DNA of 64,000 nt, taken from positions 162,439 through 226,438 of the forward strand of contig JBBQZX010000005.1 of assembly GCA_038207335.1 (NCBI GenBank). Reading direction: 5' to 3'. The first letter of the stretch is position 1, and the number at the start of each line of letters is the position of its first letter. The DNA is from Chthoniobacterales bacterium (lineage in GTDB: Bacteria; Verrucomicrobiota; Verrucomicrobiia; Chthoniobacterales; Chthoniobacteraceae). Below, in pieces: positions 8,987 through 19,298 of the stretch. The notes under the pieces were generated by a model that made no database searches, was not told the DNA's origin, and saw nothing but the letters and a program-made list of their open reading frames with translations. The position numbers and the translations under genes were made by a program.

Positions 8987-10408
8987 CTACGCTAAAATTT
9001 TCTTCACAACCTCGCCGCGCACGTCGGTCAGCCGAAAGTCGCGGCCCTGATATTTGTAGGTCAGCTTTTTGTGATCGATGCCGAGCAGATGCAGCATCGT
9101 CGCGTGCAGGTCGTGCACTTCCATCGGGTCTTCCACCGCCGCGTATCCGAGTTCGTCCGTCGCGCCGTATGCGGTGCCGCCTTTGATCCCGCCGCCCGCC
9201 ATCCAGATCGAAAATCCTTTGTTATGATGATCTCGCCCGTCGCCGCCTTGCGACATCGGGGTGCGCCCAAATTCGCCGCCCCACACGATCAGCGTGTCCT
9301 TCAACATGTCGCGCTGTTTCAAATCCTGAATCAGCGCAGCGCTCGCGCGATCGACCTCCTGCGCCTTGTATTCGATCCCCTTTTTCAGCCCACCGTGATG
9401 GTCCCAATCCTTGTGGTAGAGCTGGATGAAGCGCACTCCACGCTCCGCAAGCCGCCGCGCGAGCAGGCAGTTCGCGGCGAAGGATCCATCGCCCGGCGTG
9501 CAGCCGTAGAGGTCGAGGACGCTCTTCGGCTCCTGCGTCACATCCATCAGCTCCGGCACGCTCGCCTGCATCTGAAACGCCATCTCGTATTGCGTGATCC
9601 GCGTCGCGATTTCGGGGTCATCGACGAGCGCGTTGTATTCCGCATTGATCGCATTTACCGCGCCGACCACGCCGCCCTGCTGCTCGCGCGACACTCCCGG
9701 CGGCGTGCCGAGATACAAAACCGGGTCGCCTTTCCCGCGCAAATTCACGCCCTGAAACCGGCTCGGTAAAAAGCCCGCCGCCCATTGCCGCGCCGCGATT
9801 GGCTGATTCTGCCCGCCCTTCCCGAGCGAAGTGAGCACCACGAATCCCGGCAAATCCGCCGACTCGCTCCCGATGCCGTAAGTGATCCACGCGCCCATCG
9901 ACGGACGCCCGGCGATCTGCGTGCCGGTGTTCATGAACATGTGCGCTGGGTCGTGATTGATCGCCTCGCTGGTCATCGAGCGGATGATGCAAAGCTCATC
10001 CGCAACCGAGCCGAGCTGTGGAAAAAGCGAGCAAATCTCCGCGCCGTTCTGCCCGAATTTTTGAAAGTCAAACTGCGGCCCGTAGCACTTGAGCGCCTGT
10101 CCCTGGAGCTGCGCGATCTGCTGGCCCTTCGTCATCGACTCCGGCATCGGCTCGCCGTGCATGGCCTTGAGTTTCGGCTTAAAATCGAACGTCTCGAGGT
10201 GCGAAGGCCCGCCCGCCATCGAGAGATAAATCACGCGCTTTGCGCGCGGCGCAAACGGCAGCGGATTGATGATCCCAGCCCATTTTCCGTCCGGCGCCGC
10301 CGCGCGCATGAGCTGTGGATCAAGCAATGAAGCTAGCGCGATGGCACCGAGCCCGCGCGAAGTGCGCCCGAGAAAACTGCGGCGGGTGAGAGGATGGGGG
10401 AGATTCAT
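8987..10408 (-). CDS. DUF1501 family Tat-exported protein
   Basis: TRRSFL signal; GGPSHLETFD, WDHH, GEFGRTP and GRDHH motifs. Confidence 0.92.
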   Translation of the reverse strand: MNLPHPLTRRSFLGRTSRGLGAIALASLLDPQLMRAAAPDGKWAGIINPLPFAPRAKRVIYLSMAGGPSHLETFDFKPKLKAMHGEPMPESMTKGQQIAQLQGQALKCYGPQFDFQKFGQNGAEICSLFPQLGSVADELCIIRSMTSEAINHDPAHMFMNTGTQIAGRPSMGAWITYGIGSESADLPGFVVLTSLGKGGQNQPIAARQWAAGFLPSRFQGVNLRGKGDPVLYLGTPPGVSREQQGGVVGAVNAINAEYNALVDDPEIATRITQYEMAFQMQASVPELMDVTQEPKSVLDLYGCTPGDGSFAANCLLARRLAERGVRFIQLYHKDWDHHGGLKKGIEYKAQEVDRASAALIQDLKQRDMLKDTLIVWGGEFGRTPMSQGGDGRDHHNKGFSIWMAGGGIKGGTAYGATDELGYAAVEDPMEVHDLHATMLHLLGIDHKKLTYKYQGRDFRLTDVRGEVVKKILA

Positions 10409-10468
10409 GTTGTCGAGCGGGACGCGGTCTGCTCCGGGGAGATAAGTTCGCTCCGAACGCGGGATTCG

Positions 10469-12988
10469 CTAGGAGCGTGTGATCGTTTCATGGAGGTTCA
10501 AGATCACTCGCGCGATGTTTGTCCACGCGGCGAGTTCGGCTGCGTCGTAGGCGTCTGGCAGCGGCGCGATGCCTACTTTTAACAGCGCCTCGGCAGCGGC
10601 CTCGTCCTGCCGGTAGCGCGCGATATTTTCCTCAAGCAGAGCGTCCAGCGTGTGCCGTTCATCCTCGCGTGGCTCCCGCGAGAGCGCCTGCTCGAATGCC
10701 CATTTCAGCCGATCCACACATCCGCACTGCTGCAAAATCTGCGCGGCAAAAACGCGCGCGGCCTCGACGTATGTCGGATCGTTGAGCAGCACGAGCGCCT
10801 GCTGCGGGATGTTTGAGCGGTTGCGCTCGGCGGTGCATTCCTCGCGCGTCGGCGCGTCGAATGCCAGCAGGCTCGGGTGCATGTAGGAGCGCTGCCACCA
10901 AGTGTAGAGCCCGCGGCGATATTGATCCCTGCCCTCGTCGGACTGCCACTCCCGCGCCGGGAAATTCAAATTCTCCCAATACCCCGCGGGTTGATACGGC
11001 TTCACGCTCGGTCCGCCGATCTTCGGCGCGAGCAGCCCAGCGATCGAGAGCGCGTTGTCCCGCACGAGCTCCGCATCGAGCCGCCAGCGGCTCTGTCGCG
11101 CGAGTTCGCGATTGTCCGGGTCGCGCGCCTGCAGCTCTTTCGATGCGAGGGAGGTCTGCCGATACGTCTCGCTGTTCACGATGAGCCGCACGAGATGCTT
11201 CACGTCCCACGGGTGCGAAGCGGGCGCGTCGGACGGCTCCATGAATTCGCACGCGAGCCAGTCGAGGAGCGCGGGCTGAATCGGCGGTTCGCCCTGCGCG
11301 CCGAGGTCGTCGAGCACTTTGGAAAGCCCGATGCCGAAGAACTGCTTCCACAACCGGTTCACAAAAACGCGCGCGGTCAGTGGGTTGTCGCGCGAGACGA
11401 GCCAGCGCGCGAGATCGAGCCGCGTGAGCTTCTGCCCTGCTTCGATTTTCGGTTGTGGGAGAAAGTGCGGGAGCGCCGGCTGCACGATCTCGCCGGTCTC
11501 ATTCATCCAGTCGCCGCGCGGCAGCATTCGCACGGTGCGCGGCGTCGGCGACGACTCGGAGACGAGGCAGCGCGGGAGCGTCGCGTCGAAATCGTCGCGG
11601 GCTTTCTTCGCCGCATCGCGTGTTGCGCGCGCCTCCGCGAGCTGAGGCGCGACGGTGCGAAAATGCGCGGCGATCTTTTCATTCTGCTCCGCCGTGCGGA
11701 AGACGAGCGGCAGCTCGACCGCAGCGCGGATTTCTTTCGGCAGCTTTTTGATCGCCTCTGCGTCGAGTCGAAACTCCCACTGCAACTCCGCCGCCGCGAG
11801 TTCCGGCATCGGCGCATCGACTTGCGTCTCCGCGGTGGCGAGGGCCTTATCGAGGTCGGCGAGTTTCGCGTCTTCGGCCGGCGTCGAGAGCAGCATCCCG
11901 GGCTCGCGCCGCCCGATGATCGGCTCGCGGATGTCCGCGAAAAACGCGCCGAGCGTGTAGAAATCGCGGGCCGAAATCGGGTCGAATTTATGGTCGTGGC
12001 ATTGCGCGCAGCCGATCGTCGCGCCGAGCCAGACGGTGCCGACGGCTCGTACGCGATCGGTCAGCATCCGCGCCTCGTAGTCCTTCGCCTGGGCGCCGCC
12101 CTCCTCCGTCGAGAGCAGCAGCCGGTTGAATGCGGACGCCACCTTTTGCTCTCGAGTGCTCTCTGGCAGAAGATCCCCGGCGATTTGCTCGATCGTGAAT
12201 TGGTCGAACGGCTTGTCGTTGTTGAACGCCGCGATCACGTAGTCGCGATACGCCCAGACGCTGCGCGGGTTGTCGGAATGATAACCAGCGGTGTCGGCGA
12301 AACGCACAACATCGAGCCACGGAATCGCCATGCGCTCGCCGAAATGCGGCGACGCAAGCAGCCGTTCGATGAGCCGCGCGTAGGCATCTGGCGCGGTGTC
12401 ATTTGCAAAAGTGGCGACCTCGTCCGGCGTCGGCGGTAGCCCAATCAGGTCGAACGAAACACGGCGGATGAGCGTATGCCGATCGGCTTCCGCGGACGGC
12501 TGAAACCCAGCCACCGCGAGGTGCTGCCGTACGAGCGAGTCGATCGGATTTTTCCCCGGCTCAGTCGTCGCGCGAGCCGGCGGGATGTAGGCCCAGTGAT
12601 CCTGATACTCCGCGCCTTGCGCGATCCAGCGGTCGAGCAGCGCGACCTCGCGCGGCGTCAGTTTTTTCCCCGAATCCGGCGGCGGCATCTTCTCTTCTTT
12701 GTCAGTGGAATGGATGCGAACGTGCGATTCGCTGTCGTCGAGTTTGCCAGGGACGATTGCGCGGACGCCGTCGTTCTCCGCGAGCGCGCCGTCGCGCGTG
12801 TCGAGCCGCCGTTTGGCCTCGCGCTTCTTCTGGTCGGGCCCGTGACACTTGAAGCAATTCTCCGAGAGGATCGGCCGCACGTCGCGGTTGTATTCGATTT
12901 TCGCCGGGATCGGCGCCTCGCCCGCGGCAGCGAGTAGCGGAATGAAAATGAGGATCGGGAGGAATCGCACAGGGCGGAATTTTCGCAT
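10469..12988 (-). CDS. Planctomycete cytochrome c / DUF1549-DUF1553 (PSD1) protein
   Basis: ENCFKCHGPD, CAQCHDHKFDPI, NPLTARVFVNRLW and SNIPQQAL motifs; paired with DUF1501. Confidence 0.93.
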   Translation of the reverse strand: MRKFRPVRFLPILIFIPLLAAAGEAPIPAKIEYNRDVRPILSENCFKCHGPDQKKREAKRRLDTRDGALAENDGVRAIVPGKLDDSESHVRIHSTDKEEKMPPPDSGKKLTPREVALLDRWIAQGAEYQDHWAYIPPARATTEPGKNPIDSLVRQHLAVAGFQPSAEADRHTLIRRVSFDLIGLPPTPDEVATFANDTAPDAYARLIERLLASPHFGERMAIPWLDVVRFADTAGYHSDNPRSVWAYRDYVIAAFNNDKPFDQFTIEQIAGDLLPESTREQKVASAFNRLLLSTEEGGAQAKDYEARMLTDRVRAVGTVWLGATIGCAQCHDHKFDPISARDFYTLGAFFADIREPIIGRREPGMLLSTPAEDAKLADLDKALATAETQVDAPMPELAAAELQWEFRLDAEAIKKLPKEIRAAVELPLVFRTAEQNEKIAAHFRTVAPQLAEARATRDAAKKARDDFDATLPRCLVSESSPTPRTVRMLPRGDWMNETGEIVQPALPHFLPQPKIEAGQKLTRLDLARWLVSRDNPLTARVFVNRLWKQFFGIGLSKVLDDLGAQGEPPIQPALLDWLACEFMEPSDAPASHPWDVKHLVRLIVNSETYRQTSLASKELQARDPDNRELARQSRWRLDAELVRDNALSIAGLLAPKIGGPSVKPYQPAGYWENLNFPAREWQSDEGRDQYRRGLYTWWQRSYMHPSLLAFDAPTREECTAERNRSNIPQQALVLLNDPTYVEAARVFAAQILQQCGCVDRLKWAFEQALSREPREDERHTLDALLEENIARYRQDEAAAEALLKVGIAPLPDAYDAAELAAWTNIARVILNLHETITRS

Positions 12989-13097
12989 CGGGGAGAGGGA
13001 GCGCAATAGTGTGACGACAATGACCCGTGGCACGCCGCGGACTTTGGGGGAAAAGCCACGCTCGCCGTCAGCGCCGCGGTTCATCTAAAAACCGACG

Positions 13098-13427
13098 ATG
13101 CCATCCGAATTCACGCAGTTTGAAAATGTCACCGCGGTCGCGAAAGCGAACGTCTATTTCGACGGGAAAGTCATCAGCCACACGCTGCATTTTCCCGACG
13201 GCTCGAAAAAGACGCTCGGCCTGATTTACCCCGGCCAATTTCATTTCGGCACCGACAAAGCGGAGCGCATGGAAATCGTCGCCGGACGCTGCGTTGTGCT
13301 GCTCAATGGTGACGCGGAGACGAGGGATTACGGCGCGGGTCAGACGTTCGACGTTCCGGGAAATAGCGGCTTCGACATTCAAGTGGGTGCCGGCATTTGC
13401 GAATACGTTTGTTCGTTTCTGGACTGA
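13098..13427 (+). CDS. ppnP: Pyrimidine/purine nucleoside phosphorylase (DUF1255)
   Basis: KANVYFDGKV, KKTLG, ERMEIVAG and EYVCSF motifs. Confidence 0.9.
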   Translation: MPSEFTQFENVTAVAKANVYFDGKVISHTLHFPDGSKKTLGLIYPGQFHFGTDKAERMEIVAGRCVVLLNGDAETRDYGAGQTFDVPGNSGFDIQVGAGICEYVCSFLD

Positions 13428-13470
13428 CGACGTCTCGGCCGGCGTTGAATTCCTGCCTCAGTCGTACAAC

Positions 13471-13505
13471 AAAAACGCCGCGTTCCGAAGAAACGCGGCG
13501 TTCTT
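13471..13505. terminator. Bidirectional rho-independent terminator between ppnP and trxA
   Basis: AAAAACGCCGCGTT-CCGAAGA-AACGCGGCGTTCTT hairpin between convergent genes. Confidence 0.75.
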
Positions 13506-13523
13506 GAAAACAGACCGGGAGAG

Positions 13524-13856
13524 TTACGCGAGCGCTTGGATTTTCGAGACGAGGCCCGCTTTGCTTGTTCCTGCGCCGACGACTTGGTCTTTCACTTCGC
13601 CGCCTTTGAGGAAAAGGAGCATCGGGATCGAGCTGACGCGGAACTTCGCGGCGAGCTGCTGATTCTCATCGACGTTGACTTTGCCGATCTTCGCAGTGCC
13701 GCCGAGTTCGTCGGCGATTTGGTCGATGATCGGGCCGATTTGCCGGCACGGTCCGCACCACGGTGCCCAGAAATCGAGCAGTACGGGGACGGATGCGTTC
13801 GCGACTTCGGAGTCGTAATTCGAGTCGGTGATTGTGAGGACGTTTGAACTGGCCAT
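13524..13856 (-). CDS. trxA: Thioredoxin
   Basis: DFWAPWCGPC and SSIP motifs; start at ATG 13856. Confidence 0.95.
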   Translation of the reverse strand: MASSNVLTITDSNYDSEVANASVPVLLDFWAPWCGPCRQIGPIIDQIADELGGTAKIGKVNVDENQQLAAKFRVSSIPMLLFLKGGEVKDQVVGAGTSKAGLVSKIQALA

Positions 13857-13875
13857 GTCTGAATCTACGAGGGAT

Positions 13876-14601
13876 TTACGGAAATGGAACTGGGTTCGCT
13901 TCCGCAAATGCCATGTAGGTCGTCGCGAGCGACGCAATGGCGAGGACGACTGCGGCGATCGAGAGGCCGGTGATGACGGAGTCGGGCCCGGCAGCGACTT
14001 CGGTGACGATCGGTGCGCGGGTGATCGGTGCCATGCTGGTGACCGCCGCGGGCTTGTTCACGAGCGGCTGCGTCTGCTGCATTTTGATCGTTGCCTTCGG
14101 AAGCGCAGTCTTTGCGCCTGCGGGCGGTAGCGTGATGCGGGCGGTTTCTTTCTTCGGCGAAGCGCGCTGCGTCACAGGCTCGGGTGCGGGAGTCGGGCCA
14201 GCGGAAGGCATCGGTGCGGGCTTGAGCGGGACGGTCGGCTTTGCGCCGAGTGACGGCGGTTTCGGCGGCGGCGTTGCGCCACTGAGGGGCTTCATCGCGG
14301 GAGGCGGCATCGCTCCGGAGGGGCGAGGTGCGGGTGGCGGCGGGACGAATGGCTTTGCGCCGGGCATCGGAGGCGGTGCTCCCGCGGCAGGGGAGGTCGT
14401 CGGCAGCTTGGTCGTCTCTTTTTTCGGAGCAGTGCCGGCGGGCGGCAGGGGAGACGGCGAAGGTTTGCCGGGGACGTTGATCCGCACGGTTTCGCGTTTT
14501 ACCGCTGGCTGCTCGCTTTTCGGCGGGAGCGTGATGCGGATGGTTTCGCTTTTCGTGACGTCGTCCGATTCGGACGGGGCGGGTGGAATTTCGTCGGCCA
14601 T
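13876..14601 (-). CDS. Pro-rich, probably disordered protein with a C-terminal TM helix
   Basis: Pro/Lys-rich; repeated KxETxRI motifs; hydrophobic stretch near the C-terminus; 19 nt upstream of trxA. Confidence 0.75.
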   Translation of the reverse strand: MADEIPPAPSESDDVTKSETIRITLPPKSEQPAVKRETVRINVPGKPSPSPLPPAGTAPKKETTKLPTTSPAAGAPPPMPGAKPFVPPPPAPRPSGAMPPPAMKPLSGATPPPKPPSLGAKPTVPLKPAPMPSAGPTPAPEPVTQRASPKKETARITLPPAGAKTALPKATIKMQQTQPLVNKPAAVTSMAPITRAPIVTEVAAGPDSVITGLSIAAVVLAIASLATTYMAFAEANPVPFP

Positions 14602-14882
14602 ATTAGTAATAGAGGGAGGTGAGGGAGGGTGGTATCTCACCCCGCGGAAAAAGTGTCAACCCGATGTTGGCTGTGCAGCCCGCTTGTCTCTCAGAAGCTC
14701 ACTTTTAAGCGGGAAACACAAAACAGGAACGGCGGGAATGCCTGTGACGGGAGACTTTCTTCTTCTCCGCCTTTTCTTGTTTTCCGGCTACACCCGAAAT
14801 CTCCATGCTTTCGCATCCAACTGGATCGAGAGTGGGGAACTTTCCCTTGCCCGCCATTTTTCCGCGTGGCTAGGGTGCGCCG

Positions 14883-15833
14883 ATGCACATTCTCGTCACC
14901 GGCGGGGCAGGTTTCATCGGCTCGCACTTCGTGGAAAAATGCCTCGCGCTCGGGCATCGCGTCGCCGTGCTCGATGAGTTCAACGACTTCTACGATCCCG
15001 CAATCAAGCGCGCGAACGTCGCCGGATTCGCCGCGGACGTGCCCATTCACGAGGCCGACATCCGCGACGAAGCAGCCGTGCGCCGCATCGTCGGCGAGGG
15101 AAAATTCGACACCATCGTCCACCTCGCCGCGCGCGCCGGGGTGCGCCCTTCGATCAAGGAGCCGAAGCTCTACATCGACACAAATATCACTGGCACTTTC
15201 CATCTGCTCGAAGCCGCGCGGCATGCGGGCATCCCGCGTTTCATCTGCGCGTCGAGTTCGTCGGTGTATGGCGTGTTGAAGACCGCGCCGTTCCGCGAGG
15301 ACATGTGCCTGAACGAAACGATCTCGCCGTACGCCGCGACCAAACTCGCCGCCGAGCAGCTCTGCTCGAACTACTCGCACCTCTACGATCTCCGCACGAT
15401 CAACCTCCGCTTCTTCACCGTCTATGGCCCGCGCCAACGCCCCGACCTCGCGATCCATTCGTTCACGAAAGCGATCAGCGAGGGCCGCACGATCAACCAA
15501 TTCGGCGACGGCTCGACACGCCGCGACTACACATTCATCGACGACATCGTGCAGGGCATGACCGCGTGCCTCACGTATGAAGGCGCGCTCTGCGACGTCT
15601 TCAATCTCGGCGAAAGCCAGACCACCACGCTCTCCGAACTCATCGCCTCGATTGAGCAGGCGCTTGGCAAAAAAGCGAGCATCGAGCGGATGCCCGAGCA
15701 GCCCGGCGACGTGCCGCTCACGTATGCGGATATTGGAAAAGCGCGCTCCCTGCTCGGCTACGATCCGCACACGAAAATCGCAACGGGCATTCCGAAATTC
15801 GTCGAGTGGTTTCAGTCCGTGCAGCGCCGATGA
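14883..15833 (+). CDS. NAD-dependent epimerase/dehydratase (UDP-glucuronate 4-epimerase-like)
   Basis: TGGAGFIG, AARAGVR, YAATK and RFFTVYGP motifs. Confidence 0.9.
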   Translation: MHILVTGGAGFIGSHFVEKCLALGHRVAVLDEFNDFYDPAIKRANVAGFAADVPIHEADIRDEAAVRRIVGEGKFDTIVHLAARAGVRPSIKEPKLYIDTNITGTFHLLEAARHAGIPRFICASSSSVYGVLKTAPFREDMCLNETISPYAATKLAAEQLCSNYSHLYDLRTINLRFFTVYGPRQRPDLAIHSFTKAISEGRTINQFGDGSTRRDYTFIDDIVQGMTACLTYEGALCDVFNLGESQTTTLSELIASIEQALGKKASIERMPEQPGDVPLTYADIGKARSLLGYDPHTKIATGIPKFVEWFQSVQRR

Positions 15834-17239
15834 GAGCGAAAATCGCGGCGATCTTTTTGCTCGCGGCCAGCGCCGTTGCGGAGCCGATGTGGCCGCAATT
15901 TCGCGGGCCGAATTCGACCGGCATCGCGTTCGAGGCAAACCCGCCGAGCGAGTTCGGCACGGAGAAAAATGTGGCGTGGAAAACCGCGCTGCCGCCGGGC
16001 TCGTCGTCGCCGGTGATCGCGGGCGGGCGCATTTTTCTCACCGCGTTTTCGGAGGGAAAATTGGAGACGATTTGCGTCGATCAAAAGTCCGGCGCGATCC
16101 TCTGGCGGAGCGATGCGAAGGCTGCGGCGATCGAGCCGTTCTTCGAGAAATTTGGGAGCCCCGCGGGGCCGTCTTGCGCCACCGATGGCGCGCGCGTCGT
16201 CTCGTATTTTGGGTCGTGCGGACTCGTCTGCCACGACCTCGACGGACGCGAGATTTGGTCCGTGCCGATGCCGATGATCAAGTCGCAGGACGGCTTCGGA
16301 ACCGGCAGCTCGCCGGTCATTCACGACGGGCTCGTCTATTTGCTGCGCGATGAAATGGGCGACGCCGCAGGGCTCTACGCATTTGACGCGAAGACCGGTA
16401 AGCAAGTGTGGCGCACGGCGCGCAATGAATTCAATATCAGCTACGGAACGCCGGTCGTGTGGGATGGCTCGCTCGTCTGCATCGGCGACCTGCGCGCGAA
16501 AGGCTACGACCTCAAAACCGGCGCCGAGCGCTGGCTCCTGCGCGGTCTCGCGGCGTATCCGTGCACGACCGCGGCTGCGGGGCCGGACGGGCGGCTTTTA
16601 CTCGCCACCTGGAGCTCGGGCAGCAGCAACGAACCGAACCCGGACTTCGACGCTCTGCTCAAGAATCTCGACAAGGACAGCAGCGGCGACATCTCCCTCG
16701 CCGAGCTCGCGGGCACGCCGATGAAGGACTTCCTGAGTATCATGGACGACAACCAAAACTCGATCCTCGAGCGCTGGGAATGGGATCCGATCCAGAGCTA
16801 CATGCGGACGGGAAAAAACGTGGTTGTGTGCGTGAAACCGGGCGGCAGCGGGGACATCACCGAAACGAATGTCGCGTGGAAAAACGAGCGCGGCGCGGCG
16901 TATGTTGCATCGCCGCTGGCGTTCGGTGCGCGGCTCTTTTTGGTGAAAGATGGCGGCGTCGCGACTTGCTACGACGCCGCGAGCGGGCGGCTCATTTTCG
17001 AGAAGCAGCGGCTCGGCGCCGACGGCGATTATTTCGCGTCGCCGATCCTCGCGGACGGACGAATTTTCACAGCCTCGGTGCGAGGTGTCGTGTCGGTCGT
17101 CGAGGCCACGGGCGACAAGCTGAACGTGCTCGCGCGCAACGATCTCGGCGAGGCGATCACCGCGACTCCCGCGATCGTCGGCGACACCATTTTCGTGCGG
17201 ACCGCGGCGCATTTGTGGGCATTCAAAAGTGGGCGATGA
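15830..17239 (+). CDS. Secreted PQQ-binding-like beta-propeller protein with an EF-hand insert
   Basis: WPQFRGP start, repeated SSPV / D..TG...W blades, DKDSSGDISLAE loop. Confidence 0.85.
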   Translation: MRAKIAAIFLLAASAVAEPMWPQFRGPNSTGIAFEANPPSEFGTEKNVAWKTALPPGSSSPVIAGGRIFLTAFSEGKLETICVDQKSGAILWRSDAKAAAIEPFFEKFGSPAGPSCATDGARVVSYFGSCGLVCHDLDGREIWSVPMPMIKSQDGFGTGSSPVIHDGLVYLLRDEMGDAAGLYAFDAKTGKQVWRTARNEFNISYGTPVVWDGSLVCIGDLRAKGYDLKTGAERWLLRGLAAYPCTTAAAGPDGRLLLATWSSGSSNEPNPDFDALLKNLDKDSSGDISLAELAGTPMKDFLSIMDDNQNSILERWEWDPIQSYMRTGKNVVVCVKPGGSGDITETNVAWKNERGAAYVASPLAFGARLFLVKDGGVATCYDAASGRLIFEKQRLGADGDYFASPILADGRIFTASVRGVVSVVEATGDKLNVLARNDLGEAITATPAIVGDTIFVRTAAHLWAFKSGR

Positions 17240-18369
17240 GCACGCACAAAAACACGCGCGGATCGGTCGTCGAGTTGCTGCAAAAGCTGATCCAGATTCC
17301 GAGCGTCAATCCGGCTGGCGATCCAGGCACCACGGGCATCGGCGAGCAGCACATGGCGGAATATCTCGTCGATTTTCTTCATGAAATCGGAGCCGAAGCC
17401 AGGCTGCACGAAGTGCTGCCGGGGAGGCCGAATGTGGTCACGAAATTTCCGAGCGATCGGGCTGGAAAACCGCGCCTGCTTTTCGCCCCCCACACCGACA
17501 CGGTCAGCGTTGCGGGGATGACGATTGAGCCGTTCGGCGGCGAATTGCGCGATGGTAAAATATGGGGCCGCGGTGCGAGCGACACGAAAGGCCCGATGGC
17601 CTCAATGCTGTGGGCGCTGCGCGAATCGCGCGACGCGATCCCGGCGCTCTCGCACGAGATTTGGTTTGCGGGGCTGATGAGCGAGGAGACCGGCCAGCAC
17701 GGCGCAAAAGCGCTCGCCGCTGAGGAGTATTTCGACTTCGTGATCGTCGGCGAGCCGACTTCGCTCGATGTCGTCCACACACACAAAGGCGCGTGCTGGC
17801 TCACTCTCACGACGCGCGGAAAAGCGGTCCACGCCGCCGACCCCGGACTCGGGGAAAATGCGCTCTACAAAATGGCCGACGTGCTGCGCTGCATCCGCGA
17901 TGTCGTCGCGCCCTCGCTCGGCGCGGTGAGGCACCCCGTGCTCGGTTCGCCGACGATCAGCGCAGGCGTGATCCACGGCGGCAGCAAGACGAACATCGTG
18001 CCCGACGTATGCGTGCTGGAGGTCGATATGCGCTCGATCCCCGGCGACGACGCGCTGCTCGACCGGGTCTCCGCGCAGCTTCTCAACGCGTGCCCCGACC
18101 TCGAAATCGTCCCCGCGATTTCGCGCCCGATGTTCACCGATCCGGCGCACCCGCTCATCATGAAACTCGGCGAATGCGGCGCGCGTCCGGTCGGCGCGCC
18201 GTGGTTTTGCGACGGCGCGATTTTCGCCCAAGCCGGGATGCCCGCCGTCGCGATGGGCCCAGGCTCGATCGCGCAAGCGCACACGAAAGACGAATGGATC
18301 CGCGTCGATGATCTCGAACGCGGGGTGGACTTTTTTGCTCAGTTTTTGCGCACGCTTTTACCCACATGA
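17236..18369 (+). CDS. M20 metallopeptidase / ArgE-DapE family deacylase
   Basis: HTDTV, GRGASDTKG, EE, GEPT and AHTKDE motifs; start at ATG 17236. Confidence 0.88.
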   Translation: MSTHKNTRGSVVELLQKLIQIPSVNPAGDPGTTGIGEQHMAEYLVDFLHEIGAEARLHEVLPGRPNVVTKFPSDRAGKPRLLFAPHTDTVSVAGMTIEPFGGELRDGKIWGRGASDTKGPMASMLWALRESRDAIPALSHEIWFAGLMSEETGQHGAKALAAEEYFDFVIVGEPTSLDVVHTHKGACWLTLTTRGKAVHAADPGLGENALYKMADVLRCIRDVVAPSLGAVRHPVLGSPTISAGVIHGGSKTNIVPDVCVLEVDMRSIPGDDALLDRVSAQLLNACPDLEIVPAISRPMFTDPAHPLIMKLGECGARPVGAPWFCDGAIFAQAGMPAVAMGPGSIAQAHTKDEWIRVDDLERGVDFFAQFLRTLLPT

Positions 18370-19205
18370 AAATCATCCGCTTTCAGTCCGCCGACGGCTC
18401 CGTCGGTTTCGCAAAAAAGAACGCAGACGGCAGCGCGCATCGGCTGCGAGGCGGCTTATTCACAGGGTTTGAGGAGACGGGTGAGATCGTGGAGCCGGTG
18501 AAAATTCTCGCTCCGCTCGACCCGGTCGCGCTGCTTTGCATCGGGTTGAATTATCGCCAGCACGCGGCGGAGACGAATGCTCCGCTGCCGGAGTGGCCGG
18601 TGCTTTTCATGAAGTCGATCGGCTCCTTGCAGCACCCCGGCGATCCGATCGTGCTGCCGCGCTGGATGCGCAGCGCAAAGGTCGATTTTGAATGCGAACT
18701 CGCCGTCGTGATCGGGCGCGCGGCGAAGAATGTGCCGCGCGAACGGGCGCTCGCGCATGTGCTCGGCTACACCTGCGCGAATGACGTGAGCGCGCGCGAC
18801 TGGCAGAAAGAGGGCGGCGGTTCGCAGTGGTGCCGCGGCAAGAGCTTCGACACGTTTTGCCCGCTCGGGCCGTGCCTCGTGACGCCGGATGAAATCCCCG
18901 ATCCCTCCGCGCTCCGCATCCGCACGACGGTGAGCGGCGAGGTGATGCAGGAAAGCGGCACCAGCGATATGATTTTCGATGTGCCCGCACTCATCGAATT
19001 CCTCAGCGGCAGCACGACGCTGCTGCCTGGCACGGTGATCCTCACCGGCACGCCGCACGGAGTTGGCATGGCGCGGAAGCCGCCGAGATTTCTGCGCGCC
19101 GGGGATCGCGTGGCGGTGGATATTCCCGAGATCGGCGTACTGGAAAATCCGGTTGTCGAGGAGGAAGCGGCGGGCTCGTCGGCGTTTGTGCTGTCAGGCT
19201 GTTAG
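18366..19205 (+). CDS. Fumarylacetoacetate hydrolase family protein
   Basis: CIGLNY, DFECEL, NDVSARD, KSFDTF and TGTP motifs. Confidence 0.93.
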   Translation: MKIIRFQSADGSVGFAKKNADGSAHRLRGGLFTGFEETGEIVEPVKILAPLDPVALLCIGLNYRQHAAETNAPLPEWPVLFMKSIGSLQHPGDPIVLPRWMRSAKVDFECELAVVIGRAAKNVPRERALAHVLGYTCANDVSARDWQKEGGGSQWCRGKSFDTFCPLGPCLVTPDEIPDPSALRIRTTVSGEVMQESGTSDMIFDVPALIEFLSGSTTLLPGTVILTGTPHGVGMARKPPRFLRAGDRVAVDIPEIGVLENPVVEEEAAGSSAFVLSGC

Positions 19206-19298
19206 CGGAGTTGAAAATCCGGGTGACGAAAAACAGCGGGGGTGATACGCCTCTCAGATGTGCCGCCCGCGATTCTGTGCGGCGTGCAAACCTCCACA

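Noticed and set aside
14700..14790. ncRNA or riboswitch in the divergent intergenic region
   Set aside because: Only loose purine/pyrimidine complementary tracts; no recognisable family motif.
16459..17235. N-terminal extension of the 636-aa ORF
   Set aside because: Overlaps the propeller gene out of frame; the M20 protein starts at ATG 17236.
17236..18369. Assigning the symbol argE or dapE
   Set aside because: The motifs do not separate M20 subfamilies, and argJ already provides ornithine release.
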